Shown piece after piece: positions 1 through 9,994 of a DNA stretch of 64,000 bases. Position numbers and translations under genes: made by a program. The notes below the pieces were generated by a model. That model had not been told where the DNA came from. It did not search any database and worked only from the letters and a program-made list of their open reading frames with translations. Location of the stretch: contig JAVZNZ010000002.1 in NCBI GenBank assembly GCA_038882575.1, forward strand, positions 170,083-234,082. Direction: 5' to 3'. Numbering within the stretch: the first letter of the stretch is position 1; each line of letters starts with the position of its first letter. This stretch comes from Candidatus Bathyarchaeia archaeon (GTDB taxonomy: Archaea > Thermoproteota > Bathyarchaeia > Bathyarchaeales > Bathycorpusculaceae).

Positions 1-91
1 AATGTCGCATGTCTTTACATGCTCAACTATTTCCGGCCAACTTAACTCTTGATACCATACACTTTTAGTTTTTGGCACCTTGCCTTCGCCT

Positions 92-1015
92 TCACTTCGG
101 TATTGCCAAACCTTTCGCTCCCTTTTTGGATTGAACTGCCTCTGGATAATACTTCTTGACTGTCCGATCCACTAGGACGGCTTGAATGGCCATTCTTACG
201 CCTTCTTCTTTTGTTGTTGGTATGCCGTGGCTTACAAGCGCTGAGTTTCCAGTTTTCAAATGTATAGGCGCACCTATTCTGACCATTTCTGGCGCTTCAT
301 AAGTTCTGATCATTCCGCCTGTGGACGCAGGATTATCAACATGTATGTCTATTGGCACCTTAACAGTTTGCCTTATAGCAGCAATCATTGGTAAAGTTAA
401 ATCTCTCACGGGATTTATGGAATCTGCGCCCAACGATTCTAAAACCTTAAATGAGACTGGATTTCCGTGGCCGCAGTGGGCGGACAGTTTAAAGCTGATG
501 TCTTTTGGAAGTTCTCCATCCTTTCTCATTTCGTTTAGCAGCCACAGAAGACCCTCGTCGTAAACTAGTATTCCTCTGCAACCAAGTTCTACGGCTCTTT
601 TAACATCCTCAACAGCCCTAACAACCTGCTCCATTCCCCTAAGCCTATAGCCAATTCTGCCGGCTTCAGCGGTTCCAGTTGCCCTTTGAGGACTTAGGTC
701 ATATGCTGCTCTTGGGCCCACAGACAAGTTCAACTCAACTTTATAGTCTTTTGCAAGTTGTATGAACTCCTTCAATTCTTCGTCTGTGTGGCGCATAATC
801 CCACGGGTTTCATCAATTCTGTTGATGGTTACACCATATTTTTCAGCAGTTTCAAGGACAGCCCTCATTGTTTCAGCCGAGTTAACAGTGGGCACCTCAA
901 GCCTGTATTGTGCGCCGTCGGGAAACCTTAATTTCGATTCCGGCAGTTCGTAGAGGTCGTGATCTGGAAAACCTTTGCGTCTTAAGTATTCTCGTGTCTC
1001 TTTACCTACCAACAT
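92..1015 (-). CDS. Conserved hypothetical protein, probable TIM-barrel fold (weak resemblance to peptidase-U32-type barrels); function unknown
   Basis: 307-aa ORF with no competing long frame. Repeated strand/helix pattern (ILVYDEGLLWLLNE, SAHCGHGNP, GADSINPV, VPIDIHVDNP). Same strand as the adjacent acyl-CoA genes. Confidence 0.55.
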   Translation of the reverse strand: MLVGKETREYLRRKGFPDHDLYELPESKLRFPDGAQYRLEVPTVNSAETMRAVLETAEKYGVTINRIDETRGIMRHTDEELKEFIQLAKDYKVELNLSVGPRAAYDLSPQRATGTAEAGRIGYRLRGMEQVVRAVEDVKRAVELGCRGILVYDEGLLWLLNEMRKDGELPKDISFKLSAHCGHGNPVSFKVLESLGADSINPVRDLTLPMIAAIRQTVKVPIDIHVDNPASTGGMIRTYEAPEMVRIGAPIHLKTGNSALVSHGIPTTKEEGVRMAIQAVLVDRTVKKYYPEAVQSKKGAKGLAIPK

Positions 1016-1199
1016 AAACTTTTTCGCCTTTCAACGTTTGTATGCATCACTTAATTAGATTCTATTTAAAGTTTTCCAACAAAATCTGAAATGTAAATGA
1101 TTGTTAAGCTGGGCTTTGGGCGCATTTATTTGTTAGAAGCTAAAATGTTTTGCATGTTTAAAGGGGGGTGTTTGTAAAAATAAAATGGGAGCTTGAAGT

Positions 1200-2552
1200 T
1201 TATGCTTTTACCAGTTCTATTGCTTTAGCTGGGCAAACCATAACGCAAAGGCCGCAGCCTATGCATTTGTCAGAAACAAAGACCTTGTCGTCTTTTAAGT
1301 AAATCGCCGCGCAAATATTGTCAACGCATGTTTTGCATAAAGTACACTTCTTTTCATCAACCTTTGCTCTGGCATTTATGTCAACTGCTTCATCCGCTGT
1401 TCTCAGTTGTTTAACTCCAACTTTTCGCATCTCTTCTATGCTGTCGTAACCCTGCTCCTTCATGAATTTCTTTATGAATTCAAGCTCAGACTTTAGTAAG
1501 CGGATGCCTTTGAAGAAAACAGCAGCGCATTGTCCTGTAGCCTTGGCTCCAAGCATTATCATTTGGATTATGTGTTCCGCGTTCATTAAGCCTCCCATAG
1601 CCAGTATGTCCAATTCTGGCACAAACATGCTTATCGCAGCGACATGTTTGCGTACTATTGGCCTTAATGGTTCGCCGCCATACCCAATAAGTGGGTTTCC
1701 ATTAGTAAATGGCAATGTCGTTTTTCCCTTATTGTAGATGTCGGGTGGTGGAATAGTGATGCCCATGTTGGCCGTAGTAATGAAAGAAGCCCCTGCGTTT
1801 TTTACTCGTCTGGCAATTTCTACAACTCTTGGGAAGCCTGTTTCTGGTGTAAGTTTAACTCCTACTGGAATGCTTACCTCTTGGACAACTTCTTTGACAA
1901 CTTCCTCTAAAAACTCTGGAGAATCGCCCATGATTGCGCCCATATTAGAGAATATGAACTTTCCATCTAAAAACGCGTTTATGTTTCCTTTGCACGTGGC
2001 GAAGAATGGGCATGACACGTTGAGCTCTATCATGTCTAAACCCGCCTCTTCCGCCTTCTTTGAAGCTATGCGGAAAGATTCTGGGTCTCCGGCAGCTTCG
2101 ATGTTGGCGATTATTGGAACATCTGGAGGCTTGTTTTTCTTTAACATTTTGATGACCGGCATCTTAAGTTCCAGTGATTTTGCGAAGCCCTCTATTGGAA
2201 TGCCGTAGGGTGTTAGGGCTCCCAACCTATGTAGAAAACATCCTTCGCCATCCTTCATCCATCGTCTAACTGGTCGGCCGCCGAAATGTTTCCGTATGAT
2301 TTCTCGCCATTCTTCTGATGCAACTTCCTTTTTCTTTTTCTGAACATATTCTTCTGGAAGGGAACAAAGCGCTCCCACTGAAATGTATCCAGCCCCAGCT
2401 TCAGCAAATTTAAGCAATATTCGCGCGACATCCTCGTCTGGTATCATGCTGCCCATGAGTGTTGCTATTGCACCAACGCCGATTGGACTGGGGAGTTTTA
2501 TTCCCGCAAAATCCACAGCCAACATTTCATCTCTTTTCATAAGACATCCCAA
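1200..2552 (-). CDS. Dihydroorotate/dihydropyrimidine-dehydrogenase-family FMN flavoprotein with C-terminal 2x[4Fe-4S] ferredoxin domain
   Basis: IELNVSCPF motif typical of DHOD/DPD barrels. C-terminal cysteine clusters CTLCKTCVDNIC and CIGCGLCVMVCP. 450 aa. Confidence 0.8.
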   Translation of the reverse strand: MGCLMKRDEMLAVDFAGIKLPSPIGVGAIATLMGSMIPDEDVARILLKFAEAGAGYISVGALCSLPEEYVQKKKKEVASEEWREIIRKHFGGRPVRRWMKDGEGCFLHRLGALTPYGIPIEGFAKSLELKMPVIKMLKKNKPPDVPIIANIEAAGDPESFRIASKKAEEAGLDMIELNVSCPFFATCKGNINAFLDGKFIFSNMGAIMGDSPEFLEEVVKEVVQEVSIPVGVKLTPETGFPRVVEIARRVKNAGASFITTANMGITIPPPDIYNKGKTTLPFTNGNPLIGYGGEPLRPIVRKHVAAISMFVPELDILAMGGLMNAEHIIQMIMLGAKATGQCAAVFFKGIRLLKSELEFIKKFMKEQGYDSIEEMRKVGVKQLRTADEAVDINARAKVDEKKCTLCKTCVDNICAAIYLKDDKVFVSDKCIGCGLCVMVCPAKAIELVKA

Positions 2553-2696
2553 CTATAGGCTAAATCGAAACATAACGGTATATTACCCTCACTATATATT
2601 AAATTTACCAGCAACCAGCGCAGTTTCAAAACATATTTTAATAATAAAATTGATGTTGTGATTACTGAGCTTAATGTTTTTGTTTCGACTTTACCT

Positions 2697-3983
2697 TTAG
2701 GGGTAATTTATCACACCCTTTTCTTTTAATTCTTTCAACTTTTCCTCACTTAAACCGACAAGTTCTTTCAAAACTTTTTTGGTGTCTTCTCCAAGTTTTG
2801 GCACTCCCTTCCAAATTTTTCCCGGAGTCTTTGAAAATTTGGGAACAATCCCTATTTGCTTAGCTAACTTTCCCGTTGTGGAATCAACAACCTCGACTAT
2901 GTTGCCCCTCCGAATCCAATGCTCATCCTTTAACACGTCGTCTGGGGTTGACACCCTTGAGCAAGGCACATCATAGCTGTTGAGGTACTCCTCCACCTCT
3001 TCCCTTGTGTGCTTTTTGAGGTATTCATTAAGTATTCTATCGAGTTCCCTTCCCTTCGGGCTGTTGATGGCTTCTGGAGTTCCAGAACACTCATCATATG
3101 GAAAGTCTTTTGGGTTTATACCGGTGGCGTCGGCAAGGGCTTTTATGAACCTATTGTAAGTTTGTGGTCCAACGGCTCCTATTGCAACCCAACCATCTTT
3201 TACTTTATAAAGTCCATAGGGTTGCTGATTGAAGATTCGATAAACCCCCTCCTTTTCCCTTAAGACGCCGAGATTATAATACATCGTATGGTACATCTCA
3301 ATTATTCTTGCAATAGCTTCAAACTGGGCCACGTCCACAACTTGCCCCTCTCCGGTTTTTTGGGCGTGGACATAGGCTGCCAGCGCTCCGATTGTGCCGA
3401 TGAGGGCTGTCACGTAATCTCCTGCATATAGCGGCAATCTATAAACTTCGTGTTCGGGTGTTGCAGCGAGCTTACACCATCCGGAGTATGCTTGCGAAAT
3501 TATGTCGTAGCTGCCTCTCTTACATTTTTTGGGGTCTCCACCAAATTCGGGTCTCCCGTACCCGCTGACGTGCACTATCACTATTTTTGGATTAACCTTT
3601 AAGATGTCTTCATCCTTTATTCCAAATCGTTCTTCAAGCCAAACTAGGCTTTCTATGAAAACATCGGACTGCCTAATAAGTTCATAGAAAATTTTCTTAC
3701 CCTCTTCAGACTTCATGTCGAGCGCGACACTAAGCTCATTTCTCCTGACGCAGACGAATTCTCCACCAACTTTTTTACCGTCAACTTCATAAAAGGGTGA
3801 AAGCAACCTCATAGTGTCGCCTATATCCGGCCGCTCAATTTGTATTACTTCTGCGCCCATGTCGCCTAATAATATGCCGATGGTTGGGCCTGCAACAATG
3901 CTTCCGGCAAGTAACACTCTCATTCCGCTTAGTGGACCATGTTTGGGTGAAAAAAGGGGAGCTGGAATTCTTTTTTTAGTCAT
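2697..3983 (-). CDS. Family III CoA-transferase (CaiB/BaiF type)
   Basis: N-terminal GPLSGMRVLLAGSIVAGPTIGILLGDMGAEVIQIERP signature. 428 aa, typical for the family. Confidence 0.85.
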   Translation of the reverse strand: MTKKRIPAPLFSPKHGPLSGMRVLLAGSIVAGPTIGILLGDMGAEVIQIERPDIGDTMRLLSPFYEVDGKKVGGEFVCVRRNELSVALDMKSEEGKKIFYELIRQSDVFIESLVWLEERFGIKDEDILKVNPKIVIVHVSGYGRPEFGGDPKKCKRGSYDIISQAYSGWCKLAATPEHEVYRLPLYAGDYVTALIGTIGALAAYVHAQKTGEGQVVDVAQFEAIARIIEMYHTMYYNLGVLREKEGVYRIFNQQPYGLYKVKDGWVAIGAVGPQTYNRFIKALADATGINPKDFPYDECSGTPEAINSPKGRELDRILNEYLKKHTREEVEEYLNSYDVPCSRVSTPDDVLKDEHWIRRGNIVEVVDSTTGKLAKQIGIVPKFSKTPGKIWKGVPKLGEDTKKVLKELVGLSEEKLKELKEKGVINYP

Positions 3984-4021
3984 GTTTTATTTTTGCCTCC
4001 TTTCCACGAAATCGGCCGCTT

Positions 4022-5986
4022 CTAGAATTGAGGTTTCCTTTTGTACATGAATGACTGGATGCCTTCAGCAACATCTTTTGCTAGGGATACGTCTCCCGAA
4101 ACTGTGGATTCTATAAAGCATCCGGACTCTAAAGTGGGCATGACTCCTAGGGCTATTGCCTTCTTTAGATATCTAACCGCAATGGAGGGAAGCTCAGCCA
4201 CCTTCTTAGCGAATTCAAGAGCCTTCTCCATAAATCCCTCTTCAGGATACACTTCAGAAACTAGGCCGAGCTCCAATGCTTGTTGTGCATTAATGTTTTT
4301 CCTTAAAAGTATGATTTCCTTAAGCCTTCCAACGCCAACAAGGTAGGCTAATCTCTGAGTGCCGCCCCATCCGGGTGTTATTCCAAGACCAAGTTCCGGA
4401 AGCCCAAGGAAGGCCTTGTCGCTCATAACTCTCAAATCGCAGGCTAGTGCCAGCTCAAATCCTCCCCCAAGCGCCGGCCCATTTATCGCAGCAATTACGG
4501 GTTTCGGATAAAGCTCGATTCTCCTAAAAACTCTGTGGCCTGTTTGGCTTGATTCGACAACCTCTTCCGGCTTTCCTGTAGCAAATATGGAAATGTCTGC
4601 TCCAGCGCAGAAGTTTCTACCTACTCCAGTGATCATCACGGCTTTAACATCATCCTGCTCTTCCAACATGCTTAGCGCGTCGTTTATTTCGGCGAGGAAG
4701 GTCATGTTAAGCGCGTTCGCCCTTCTCGGTCTGTTTAAGTATATTATGCCAACGTTTCCCACCTTTTCGACAATAAGGAACTCGTATTTTCCCTTTCCAT
4801 ATTCATAAAAGCCTTCGCCAGTCTTCCTCCCAAGCCTATTTTCCTTAACCATTTTTTCAAGGACTGGATTGGGTTTGTACCTCTCCTCCTTGTATTTCGC
4901 GTAAAGCTCCTCAAGCTTTGCCACTATTTTGTCAATTCCTATATCATCAGCCATTCTGAGAAGTCCTCTTGGATAATTAAGCCCATTTAAAACCGCGAGG
5001 TCTATTTCCTCTGCTGTCGTGATACCCCTTTCAATCAGCCACGCTGCTTCGTTGACTGCGGGTGCAATAAGCCTAAGTAAATCAAAATTTGCCCCAGCTC
5101 TTAGCGGCACCTCGTTTGTTTTTCCTCCACTCCAATCATAGAAGCCCTTTCCAGTTTTCTTTCCATAATGTCCCGCCTTGAAAAGCCTTTCAAAGATTGG
5201 GGCAGGCCTATATGTTTCTCCAAGAGTCTTTCTAAAGTATTCTAAAACGTGGTAGCTTATGTCTATGCTCCCACCGCCGAGAACATCATGAAGCTCAAAA
5301 AGTCCCATAGGCAGCCCAATCCTATATTTGATTGCCGAATCAATTTCCTCGATTGTTCCTTCGCCCATGTCAAAAGCCCATGCGGCTTCATTTGACATTG
5401 TAACGAAAATTCTGTTTACAATGAATCCTGGAACATCTTTCTTAACATGAACTATTATTCTCTCGATTTCCTTTGCAAAATCTTCTGCAATTTTGATGGT
5501 TTCTTGGCTGGTTTTCTCACCCCAAACTATTTCGAGTAATTTAAGAATTTTTGGTGGGTTAAAGAAGTGCATTCCAATTAGCTTTTCAGGTTTTTTTATT
5601 GCAGTTGCAATTTCAGTTATGCTCAATGACGATGTGTTTGTTGCAAATATCGTATGTTTCGGAGAGTGCTTTTCAATTTCGCTAAAAACTTTCTTTTTTA
5701 GGTCCATTATTTCTGGCACAGCCTCGATCACTAGGTCTGCATCCTTTACGGCTTCGGCTAAATCCACCGTTGTTTTTATTCTATTCAATATGTTTTCTAT
5801 GTTTTCTTTTATGTACCCTTTATCATAGCTGCTTTTGAGCTCCCCTCTTATTTTTTCCACAGCCTTCTTTAATATTTCATCATTTACATCAACCAATTTT
5901 ACGTTGAAGCCTTTGGTTGCAACAACCTCTGCAATTGCACTTCCCATTGTCCCCGCGCCTACGACGGCAACATTCTTAATGCTCAT
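4022..5986 (-). CDS. Bifunctional 3-hydroxyacyl-CoA dehydrogenase / enoyl-CoA hydratase fusion
   Basis: N-terminal Rossmann [16 protein letters not shown] plus HCDH core. C-terminal crotonase fold with NFCAGADI and [11 protein letters not shown]. 654 aa. Confidence 0.9.
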   Translation of the reverse strand: MSIKNVAVVGAGTMGSAIAEVVATKGFNVKLVDVNDEILKKAVEKIRGELKSSYDKGYIKENIENILNRIKTTVDLAEAVKDADLVIEAVPEIMDLKKKVFSEIEKHSPKHTIFATNTSSLSITEIATAIKKPEKLIGMHFFNPPKILKLLEIVWGEKTSQETIKIAEDFAKEIERIIVHVKKDVPGFIVNRIFVTMSNEAAWAFDMGEGTIEEIDSAIKYRIGLPMGLFELHDVLGGGSIDISYHVLEYFRKTLGETYRPAPIFERLFKAGHYGKKTGKGFYDWSGGKTNEVPLRAGANFDLLRLIAPAVNEAAWLIERGITTAEEIDLAVLNGLNYPRGLLRMADDIGIDKIVAKLEELYAKYKEERYKPNPVLEKMVKENRLGRKTGEGFYEYGKGKYEFLIVEKVGNVGIIYLNRPRRANALNMTFLAEINDALSMLEEQDDVKAVMITGVGRNFCAGADISIFATGKPEEVVESSQTGHRVFRRIELYPKPVIAAINGPALGGGFELALACDLRVMSDKAFLGLPELGLGITPGWGGTQRLAYLVGVGRLKEIILLRKNINAQQALELGLVSEVYPEEGFMEKALEFAKKVAELPSIAVRYLKKAIALGVMPTLESGCFIESTVSGDVSLAKDVAEGIQSFMYKRKPQF

Positions 5987-6098
5987 AACTCATCCCCTTG
6001 TTGATTTTCTGTAAATAGTTGTTAAGCGCTAATAAAGATTATTGACAAGATTTAAATTTACATATGTTCTCCTAGTTCGGTGAGATGAGGGATGAGCG

Positions 6099-7286
6099 AT
6101 GCCGGGTGTTAGGGATAAGGTTGCCGTAATAGGCATGGGTTGCACGAAATTTGCTGAGCATTGGGACAAGAGCGTTAACGACTTAGTTGTTGATGCTTGC
6201 TATGAGGCCTTTGAAGATGCAAATGTAGAACCTAAAGATATTCAAGCTGCTTGGTGGTCCACAGCTAGAAGCGGCGAACTCGGCCGCAGCTTATCTTACC
6301 CCCTAAAACTTAATTACATTCCAGTTACACGCGTCGAAAATAGGTGTGCTAGCGGCCATAACGCTTTCATCGATGCGTGTTATGCGGTTGCTTGCGGCGC
6401 ATTTGACATCGTTTTAGTTTGTGGAGCTGAGAAGCTTAAGGACACTGGTCTACCCATACCGGGCGACAGTAACCCTTCAGACCTCTACACAAGCAGGGTT
6501 GATCCACGCTTTATGCCAGTAACAGCCTTCGCCCAACTTGCCTTAAGGTATTTTCACCATTATGGCATTCCAATAGAAGAGGGCAGAAGAATCCTCGCCA
6601 AAATAGCAGTTAAAAATCACTTCAACGGCTCATTAAACCCCAAAGCCCAATTCCAACGCAAAATTTCCATTGAAGAGGCTCTGAACGCCCCAATAGTTGC
6701 TTGGCCCCTAGGACTTTATGACTGCTGTGGTGTCAGCGACGGAGCCGCAGCAGCCGTAATTGTACGCGCAGACATTGCCAAAAACTATAGAGATGATTAT
6801 GTTCTCGTGAAAGGCGTTGGAATGAGTACTGGCTTTTATCAAGGCGAAGTGCTGGATGACTGGGGCCTAACACACATAGAAGAGAATTTTAGGGCCGCCA
6901 AAATGGCTTACGCCGAGGCTGGCATTAAAAATCCCCGTAAGGAATTAGATTTGGCCATAGTGCACGATTGCTTTACAATACATGAGCTTGTGATATATGA
7001 AGACTTAGGCTTCAGCCCCAGAGGCAGGGCAAAAGAAGATGTGGACGCTGGAACCTTCGAGTTAGGAGGCGAACTGCCAGTAAACACCGATGGAGGCCTA
7101 AAATCTTTTGGGCATCCCGTTGGAGCCAGCGGGCTTAGAATGATGTATGAGGTTTACAAGCAACTTCAGGGGAAAGCTGGTCAACGTCAAGTGAAAATAA
7201 AGAATCAGATGGGATTATCTCACACATGCGGTGGCACTCCAATTGACTCCCAGAATGCAGCTGTGGCAATTTTTGGCTTGAGGTGA
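6099..7286 (+). CDS. Thiolase (SCP-x / archaeal acetyl-CoA C-acyltransferase type)
   Basis: Nucleophile-Cys motif NRCASGHN. C-terminal NTDGGLKSFGHPVGASG. 395 aa. Divergent from the HCDH/ECH gene. Confidence 0.9.
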   Translation: MPGVRDKVAVIGMGCTKFAEHWDKSVNDLVVDACYEAFEDANVEPKDIQAAWWSTARSGELGRSLSYPLKLNYIPVTRVENRCASGHNAFIDACYAVACGAFDIVLVCGAEKLKDTGLPIPGDSNPSDLYTSRVDPRFMPVTAFAQLALRYFHHYGIPIEEGRRILAKIAVKNHFNGSLNPKAQFQRKISIEEALNAPIVAWPLGLYDCCGVSDGAAAAVIVRADIAKNYRDDYVLVKGVGMSTGFYQGEVLDDWGLTHIEENFRAAKMAYAEAGIKNPRKELDLAIVHDCFTIHELVIYEDLGFSPRGRAKEDVDAGTFELGGELPVNTDGGLKSFGHPVGASGLRMMYEVYKQLQGKAGQRQVKIKNQMGLSHTCGGTPIDSQNAAVAIFGLR

Positions 7287-7293
7287 AACTAAA

Positions 7294-8700
7294 ATGGTTG
7301 GAATATCCTCATATGGCGTTCACATTCCTATTTGGCGGATAAGGCGAGAATTGCTTGGCGGCAGCCCACAAGGCGAAAGGTCGGTAGCTGGCAAGGATGA
7401 AGACAGCTTAACAATGGCTGTGGCCGCAGCCTTAGACTGTATTGGCAACATGCAAACCGACTCTATTGACGGCGTGTTCTTTGCTTCCACCACATCTCCT
7501 TTTAAAGAGAAGAGCGTGTCAGCCACAATAGCTGCAGTTATTGGCCTCCACTCCGATGTTTTTACAGCAGACTTCTCCGGGTCTCTTAGAGCCGGCACCG
7601 GCGCCTTAAAACTCGCTTTCGACATGGTTAAATCCAACGCGGCAAGGCAAGTGCTCGTCACAGCAGCCGATTGCCGTTTAGGAGCACCGGGATCCAGCCT
7701 TGAACAGACCTTCGGGGATGGAGCAGCAGCTCTTTTGATAGGGAAAGACGGCCAAATTGCAGATTTAAAATTTAGCACTCACGTTTATGATGAGATATAT
7801 GATTTTTGGCGCAGGGACGTCGACCTATTTGTTAACTCATGGGAAGACAGATACGTCTACTCTTGCGGCTACCTTAGAGTCGTTAAGGAAACAGTATCAA
7901 AGTTGATGAACGATGCAGGACTAAGCGCGAAGGAACTAACCAAAGCAGCGCTTCCAATTCCAGACTTAAGAAGGGGATTAGAGCTTGCCAGAAGCTTAGG
8001 CCTAGACCCAAAAGTTCAACTTCAAGATCCTCTAATGGATACCATAGGAAACACGGGAACTGCCCAGCCACTAATGCTGCTTGCAGCAGCGCTCGAGCAA
8101 TCAAACCCCGGCGATAAGCTGTTGATGGCCAGCTACGGAAGCGGAAGCGACGCATTCCTTTTCGAAGTCACAGAAGAAGTAAAGAAGTTTCAACATGGAA
8201 AGCATAAACTAAGCACTAAGGTTGCAAACAAAAAGATGTTACGCGATTACACCACATACCTTAAATGGCGTAAACTCGTCAAAATGCCCGAACCAAGAAT
8301 AGATATGACCGTCTCTTATCCCAGCGCCACAGCAATTTGGAGGGAGAACAACCGCATATATCCACTAAATGGGGTTAAATGCAAAAAATGCGGAACCGTC
8401 CAATATCCTCCGCAGCGAGTATGCATAAAATGTCAAGCCAAAGACAACTTTGAAGAAGTTCAATTACGTGATAAGGAGGGCAGACTGTTTTCATACTCCT
8501 TCGACCCAATAAGGGAAAATACGCCAGTAGGCCTAATCAACCTAGAGGGCGGAGGCAGAGTCTTCCTAGACTTAACAGACGTGGACGCGGAAGAACTAAA
8601 AATAGACTTGCCAGTAAAGCTAACCTTTAGGAGAGTAGACCTCAGACGCGAAGATGGCATGTACGTCTACTTCTGGAAGGCGACTCCAATAAGAGAATAA
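7294..8700 (+). CDS. HMG-CoA-synthase-like domain (catalytic Glu/Cys/His all substituted) fused to a C-terminal DUF35 zinc-ribbon/OB-fold module
   Basis: N-terminal ~340 aa is collinear with short archaeal HMGCS (GISSYGVHIP, GNTGTAQPL, SYGSGSDAF). C-terminus has the CKKCGTVQYPPQRVCIKC ribbon followed by an OB-like region. Starts 8 nt after the thiolase stop. Confidence 0.8.
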   Translation: MVGISSYGVHIPIWRIRRELLGGSPQGERSVAGKDEDSLTMAVAAALDCIGNMQTDSIDGVFFASTTSPFKEKSVSATIAAVIGLHSDVFTADFSGSLRAGTGALKLAFDMVKSNAARQVLVTAADCRLGAPGSSLEQTFGDGAAALLIGKDGQIADLKFSTHVYDEIYDFWRRDVDLFVNSWEDRYVYSCGYLRVVKETVSKLMNDAGLSAKELTKAALPIPDLRRGLELARSLGLDPKVQLQDPLMDTIGNTGTAQPLMLLAAALEQSNPGDKLLMASYGSGSDAFLFEVTEEVKKFQHGKHKLSTKVANKKMLRDYTTYLKWRKLVKMPEPRIDMTVSYPSATAIWRENNRIYPLNGVKCKKCGTVQYPPQRVCIKCQAKDNFEEVQLRDKEGRLFSYSFDPIRENTPVGLINLEGGGRVFLDLTDVDAEELKIDLPVKLTFRRVDLRREDGMYVYFWKATPIRE

Positions 8701-8796
8701 AACACAATCTCTCCATTTATTTTTGATCATGCCAAACTTTTAAACTAGAGCAAAAAATTGAAAAGCTCAGTAATCTCTATTTAAAAGCGTGTCATT

Positions 8797-9822
8797 ATGA
8801 AAGCGATGAGAGTACATGAGTATGGACAACCATTGAAGCTTGATGAAGTTGAAGTGCAAAAACCTGGACCAAACGAAGCCTTAATAAAAATTGATGCTTG
8901 TGGAATTTGCCACACAGATATTCACCTCGCAGAAGGGTTATTACCAACTGAAAAGTTTGGCGGCACGAGACCTTGGACTTTGGGGCATGAAATTGCAGGC
9001 AAAATCGTTGAATTAGGCTCTGAGGTTGCAGATTTCAAAGTTGGCGACTCGGTTTTAGTTGACTCTTGGACAGCCTACGCATGCGGCTCTTGTATGATGT
9101 GCAGGACAGGATTTGAAAACTGCTGCATAAACAATAGGCCCATCGGATTTGGAAGGGATGGGGGCTACGCCGAATACATAACAGTACCTTCGAAGGCGCT
9201 TATTAACATTGAAAATTTAAATCCAGAAGACGTCGCGCCGTTAGCATGCGGCGGAGTAACCGTATTTAGGGCTTTAAGAAAAGCGGCCGTAACACCAAGC
9301 GATACGGTCGTGGTTTACGGTGTTGGAGGTTTAGGAACATTCGCCGTTCAAATAGCTAAAGCCTTTGGCGCAAAGGTCATAGCTGTAAGCAGATCCGGCC
9401 CAAAATTGGAGATGGCAAAAAGATTTGGGGCAGATTACATTGTTGACGCAGCCAAAGACCCGGTTAACGAAGTCTTGAAAATAACAGGCGGACGCGGCGC
9501 AAACATTGTGCTGGATTTTGTTGGCTTCGAACAAACCATAGAAAATGGGTTAAAAATGCTTGGCGTGCTTGGACGATTCTTTGTGGTTGGCGTAGGGCCT
9601 GGGCCCCTCAAAATTTTGCCAGACAACGCTGTTAATTATGAACTGACAATATCTGGTGTAAAAGTCGGCACACACAAGGACCTCGTCGACCTCGTTGAAT
9701 TAGCAAAACGGGGAGTAGTGAAATCGGTTACAACAAAAACTTTCAAGCTTGAGGAAGTTAACGAAGCATTTGAGCAAATTAAAGGCGGGCGAATACTGGG
9801 GAGGTCCGTGATTAAACCCTAA
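8797..9822 (+). CDS. Zinc-dependent alcohol dehydrogenase (MDR superfamily)
   Basis: GICHTDIH and GHEIAG zinc-site motifs, structural-zinc Cys cluster CGSCMMCRTGFENCC, GVGGLG Rossmann. Confidence 0.9.
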   Translation: MKAMRVHEYGQPLKLDEVEVQKPGPNEALIKIDACGICHTDIHLAEGLLPTEKFGGTRPWTLGHEIAGKIVELGSEVADFKVGDSVLVDSWTAYACGSCMMCRTGFENCCINNRPIGFGRDGGYAEYITVPSKALINIENLNPEDVAPLACGGVTVFRALRKAAVTPSDTVVVYGVGGLGTFAVQIAKAFGAKVIAVSRSGPKLEMAKRFGADYIVDAAKDPVNEVLKITGGRGANIVLDFVGFEQTIENGLKMLGVLGRFFVVGVGPGPLKILPDNAVNYELTISGVKVGTHKDLVDLVELAKRGVVKSVTTKTFKLEEVNEAFEQIKGGRILGRSVIKP

Positions 9823-9994
9823 CGTGAAAAGGAAATCAACAAATTGAAAAACTTCAATCCCAATTTTTTCTATTAATGTTTCTACAAAGAGAGCGAGCAG
9901 ACTGTGAACAAAACAGTGCAAATGGATCCATGGTGGAACAATGTTACATAAACCTTATAAACATCTTTGATAGCCCTTTTTGTGAGGGAGAAAA

